64,000 nt of DNA from Macrostomum lignano (lineage: Eukaryota): positions 62,001 to 126,000 of the forward strand of contig NIVC01001401.1 of assembly GCA_002269645.1 (NCBI GenBank). Direction: 5' to 3'. The position numbers and the translations under genes were made by a program. This document shows positions 60,408 to 64,000 of this stretch, in pieces (position 1 is the stretch's first letter; every line of letters starts with the position of its first letter). The notes below the pieces were generated by a model. The model made no database searches. It saw nothing but the letters and a program-made list of their open reading frames with translations, and was not told the DNA's origin.

Positions 60408-61415
60408 TGAGCTGCCAGTAGATGTATTGAAGTGTCAGTAGATGTATTGAGTTGCCAGTAGATGCATTGAGGTGCCATTAGATGGATTGAGGTGTCAGTA
60501 GATGCATTGAGGTGTCAGTAGATGCATTGAAGTGTCAGTAGAGGCATTGAAGTGTCAGTAGATGCACTGAAGAGCCAGTCAGATGCATTGAGGTGCCAGT
60601 AGATGCATTGAGGTGCCAGTAGATGTATTGAAGTGTCAGTAGATGTATTGAAGTGTCAGTAGATGTATTGAAGTGTCAGTAGATGTATTGAAGTGTCAGT
60701 AGATGTATTGAGGTGCCAGTAGATGCATTGAGGTGCCAGTAGATGCATTGAGGTGCCAGTAGATGCATTGAGGTGCCAGTAGATGCATTGAGGTGCCAGT
60801 AGATGCATTGAGGTGCCATTAGATGGATTGAGGTGTCAGTAGATGCATTGAGGTGCCATTAGATGGATTGAGGTGTCAGTAGATGCATTGAGGTGTCAGT
60901 AGATGCATTGAGGTGCCATTAGATGCATTGAGGTGCCAGTAGATGCATTGAGGTGCCAGTAGATGCATTGAGGTGCCAGTAGATGCATTGAGGTGCCAGT
61001 AGATGCATTGAGGTGCCAGTAGATGCATTGAGGTGCCATTAGATGGATTGAGGTGTCAGTAGATGCATTGAGGTGCCATTAGATGGATTGAGGTGTCAGT
61101 AGATGCATTGAGGTGTCAGTAGATGCATTGAGGTGCCATTAGATGCATTGAGGTGCCAGTAGATGCATTGAGGTGCCAGTAGATGCATTGAGGTGCCAGT
61201 AGATGCATTGAGGTGCCAGTAGATGCATTGAGGTGCCAGTAGATGCATTGAGGTGCCAGTAGATGCATTGAGGTGCCAGTAGATGCATTGAGGTGCCAGT
61301 AGATGCATTGAGGTGCCAGTAGATGCATTGAGGTGCCAGTAGATGCATTGAGGTGCCAGTAGATGCATTGAGGTGCCAGTAGATGCATTGAGGTGCCAGT
61401 AGATGCACTGAAGTG
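60408..61415. repeat. 20-bp minisatellite
   Basis: GTAGATGCATTGAGGTGCCA. Confidence 0.97.
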
Positions 61416-62336
61416 CCTAGTAATTGTAATCCGTAGATGTCCCAAACGTAACGATAATTTTCTTCGAACTTTTTGATGGAATGAACTTGCCAAACCTGAA
61501 ATTTTAACCCAACAATTTCGCACATATGGACAAGAAACAACTTTACTTTCAGCTTTATCTAACTGAAGGCAACAGTGGTATCGTATATCAAAGTCCAGAG
61601 CTCGAGATTAAAAATTTCGATATTTCTCTATGTAAAATGTAAGCAAGTTAACCATGTTCGCCATGTCAAAAATATTCGTGTCTTTGACAGAAAAACTTGA
61701 TATTGTACATTGTTTTTGTTGCTGTCCATATGTGTAACATTGTTGGGTAATGTAAATTTCTTTCCATCCACTGAAAATTGCTTTGACCGCGCTAAATAAG
61801 TACATTGAAATAAGTAGGTAGCTCGTTTGGCTATGCAGAACTTGCTCCGCATATTGTTTTGACAGTCATTCTGCATCCAAAGCTTCATCTCAGTCTCTCA
61901 CTTAACCAACTATTGCGACTCAAAGCGGAGGGACAGACAAGCTTCGATGGCTCTGGGTAGATTGCCTCAGGTGCGACCCCCACCCACCCTTTGCTCAAAC
62001 CTGCAGTCTGAGTTGCTCACTTGAGTAGCAGCATATAGGGTGAAGATTTAAGTATAATAATATTTTACGCTCAAATAGTGCTGCACTGCCCGAACTCAAA
62101 GTCTCGCGCTGCGGTGGCGGCACAATGGAAGCCCTGCTGGAGTAGCCAAAGTGGGCTGGGCACCTGCCCCCTCCCCAGTTCATACCAACTGCATCCACAA
62201 GCCCATTGTTATTCGCAACAAAGTTGGGCCGCAGCGTTTCACCTGCTTTTAGCGGTGCTTCTGTCCGCTGCCAACTCTAGTATTTGGGTGGGGGGGGGGG
62301 CTGGGGTTGAGAAACTCAAAGCAAGGCTAAACAGCT

Positions 62337-62911
<575 letters not shown>

Positions 62912-63333
62912 GTATGCAAAGCAACCACAGCAGCCCAAAGCAACCGCAAGCAGAAGCTCAGGTAAACCAGGCGCCTTGTTAACAAGGTACTGTCCAGCCC
63001 TTACTGTTGCCGCGGCTCATAACTTGAGCTGGCAGCCTCTGCAGGCCCCCTCCTGTCAGCCTGAGTGGGAGGGTGCAGCAGCTCGGCATTGAAATTGTTG
63101 CTCATTTCTTTTGTCGGATTGTTTCTTCTGTTCTCTAACTAAATTTCAGCCTCTGCCTTCTATTGTGTCGAATTTCTATTTTGTCTCTCTTTTATCTGCC
63201 AAGAGGGGTTCGAAGGCACCCAGGGGGGGGGGGGTCATCGTTGCCACTGGCTACAGGGGTCTAAGGGACTGAGGACAGCGGGGGTGGGTCCCCACTCCCC
63301 AACCACCTGGAATGCAGTCTGCGCTCCGAGAGG

Positions 63334-63625
63334 CTATAAAATGCTAGGCCGGGTGAGCAGCGCTTTTGAGCAGTCGGGAGCCGCCCGAGAGCTGGAGGGT
63401 CCCCTCCGCCATTCGGGAAGGTGGAGGAGCTGAGGTGAGTTTACACTCTCCGCTGGTAAATAGTATTGCAATTTTTATTAAATATTTGACAGAAAAAACA
63501 CCGTTCCTTCCTTGTTTATCTGCAGGCACCAAGCCATGGCGCTGACAGACTCGGCTGGTGGTGCCGGCCACTATTGTACATATGCTGCTGTTTATCGCTT
63601 TTACAATTTTAGCTAGTTCTGCTTC
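63334..63625 (+). other. Possible TATA box, short exon and second exon with GCCATGG; unresolved
   Basis: TATAAAA at ~63335, donor GAG|gtgagt at 63435, acceptor tttatctgcag| at ~63525 followed by GCCATGG; only short ORFs. Confidence 0.2.
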
Positions 63626-64000
63626 ACGCGTAGCTTTCGAAACTGTTTAGAATGTATATTTGATATTTGATAGAATTTCTAGCTTATTAACCTTCCAGCG
63701 TACTTTTCGTTGCAATCCACAGATTAACATGTCTTCGAGCATCGAAAATTGTAATTCCTATAGGGCCTTCATTGTCATTAGCAACTCATTGTTAAATATC
63801 GCTGTTAGATAACTTTCATTTTGTCAACTCGCGCAGTCAAACAAGACAGAGAGATAGTGGAAATTTAGTGACCGCCCCTGCTAGTTGAACTTTCTTGATT
63901 GCCTCTTTGCTCATAACTGCTTGTTTGTCCCCCCAATGAACCAATACCTGTTCAACTAGCATTGGCGGTGCTGTCAAAGCATTTCCATGCGTAATAAATC

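Overview
Eukaryotic (animal) genomic DNA with GT-AG introns. GC-rich exons carry poly-Ala/Gln/His tracts, and about 27 kb (~40%) of the window is ~40 different tandem arrays. The style suggests a free-living flatworm such as Macrostomum (inference only). Four multi-exon genes could be spliced by hand with consistent phases. (1) A minus-strand Dmrt gene with two tandem DM zinc modules (14173-~16480; start exon unresolved). (2) A minus-strand LMTK/AATK-like membrane-anchored kinase that looks like a pseudokinase (23492-28584, 7 exons, ~475 aa). (3) Ceramide kinase on the plus strand, head-to-head with the kinase (30385-35989, 6 exons, 521 aa). (4) A minus-strand two-pore K+ (K2P) channel (41729-51557, 6 exons, 992 aa) whose extracellular M1-P1 cap is ~285 aa instead of the usual ~55-60. 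Also present: fragments of a plus-strand gene at the left end (18-nt micro-exon, terminal exon), candidate exons of an unidentified minus-strand gene at 52.8-62.3 kb, tRNA-derived SINE heads, and an orphan CCAAT/TATA promoter. Most long ORFs in the supplied track are translations of tandem repeats. No CRISPR, rRNA or intact transposon ORF was seen.
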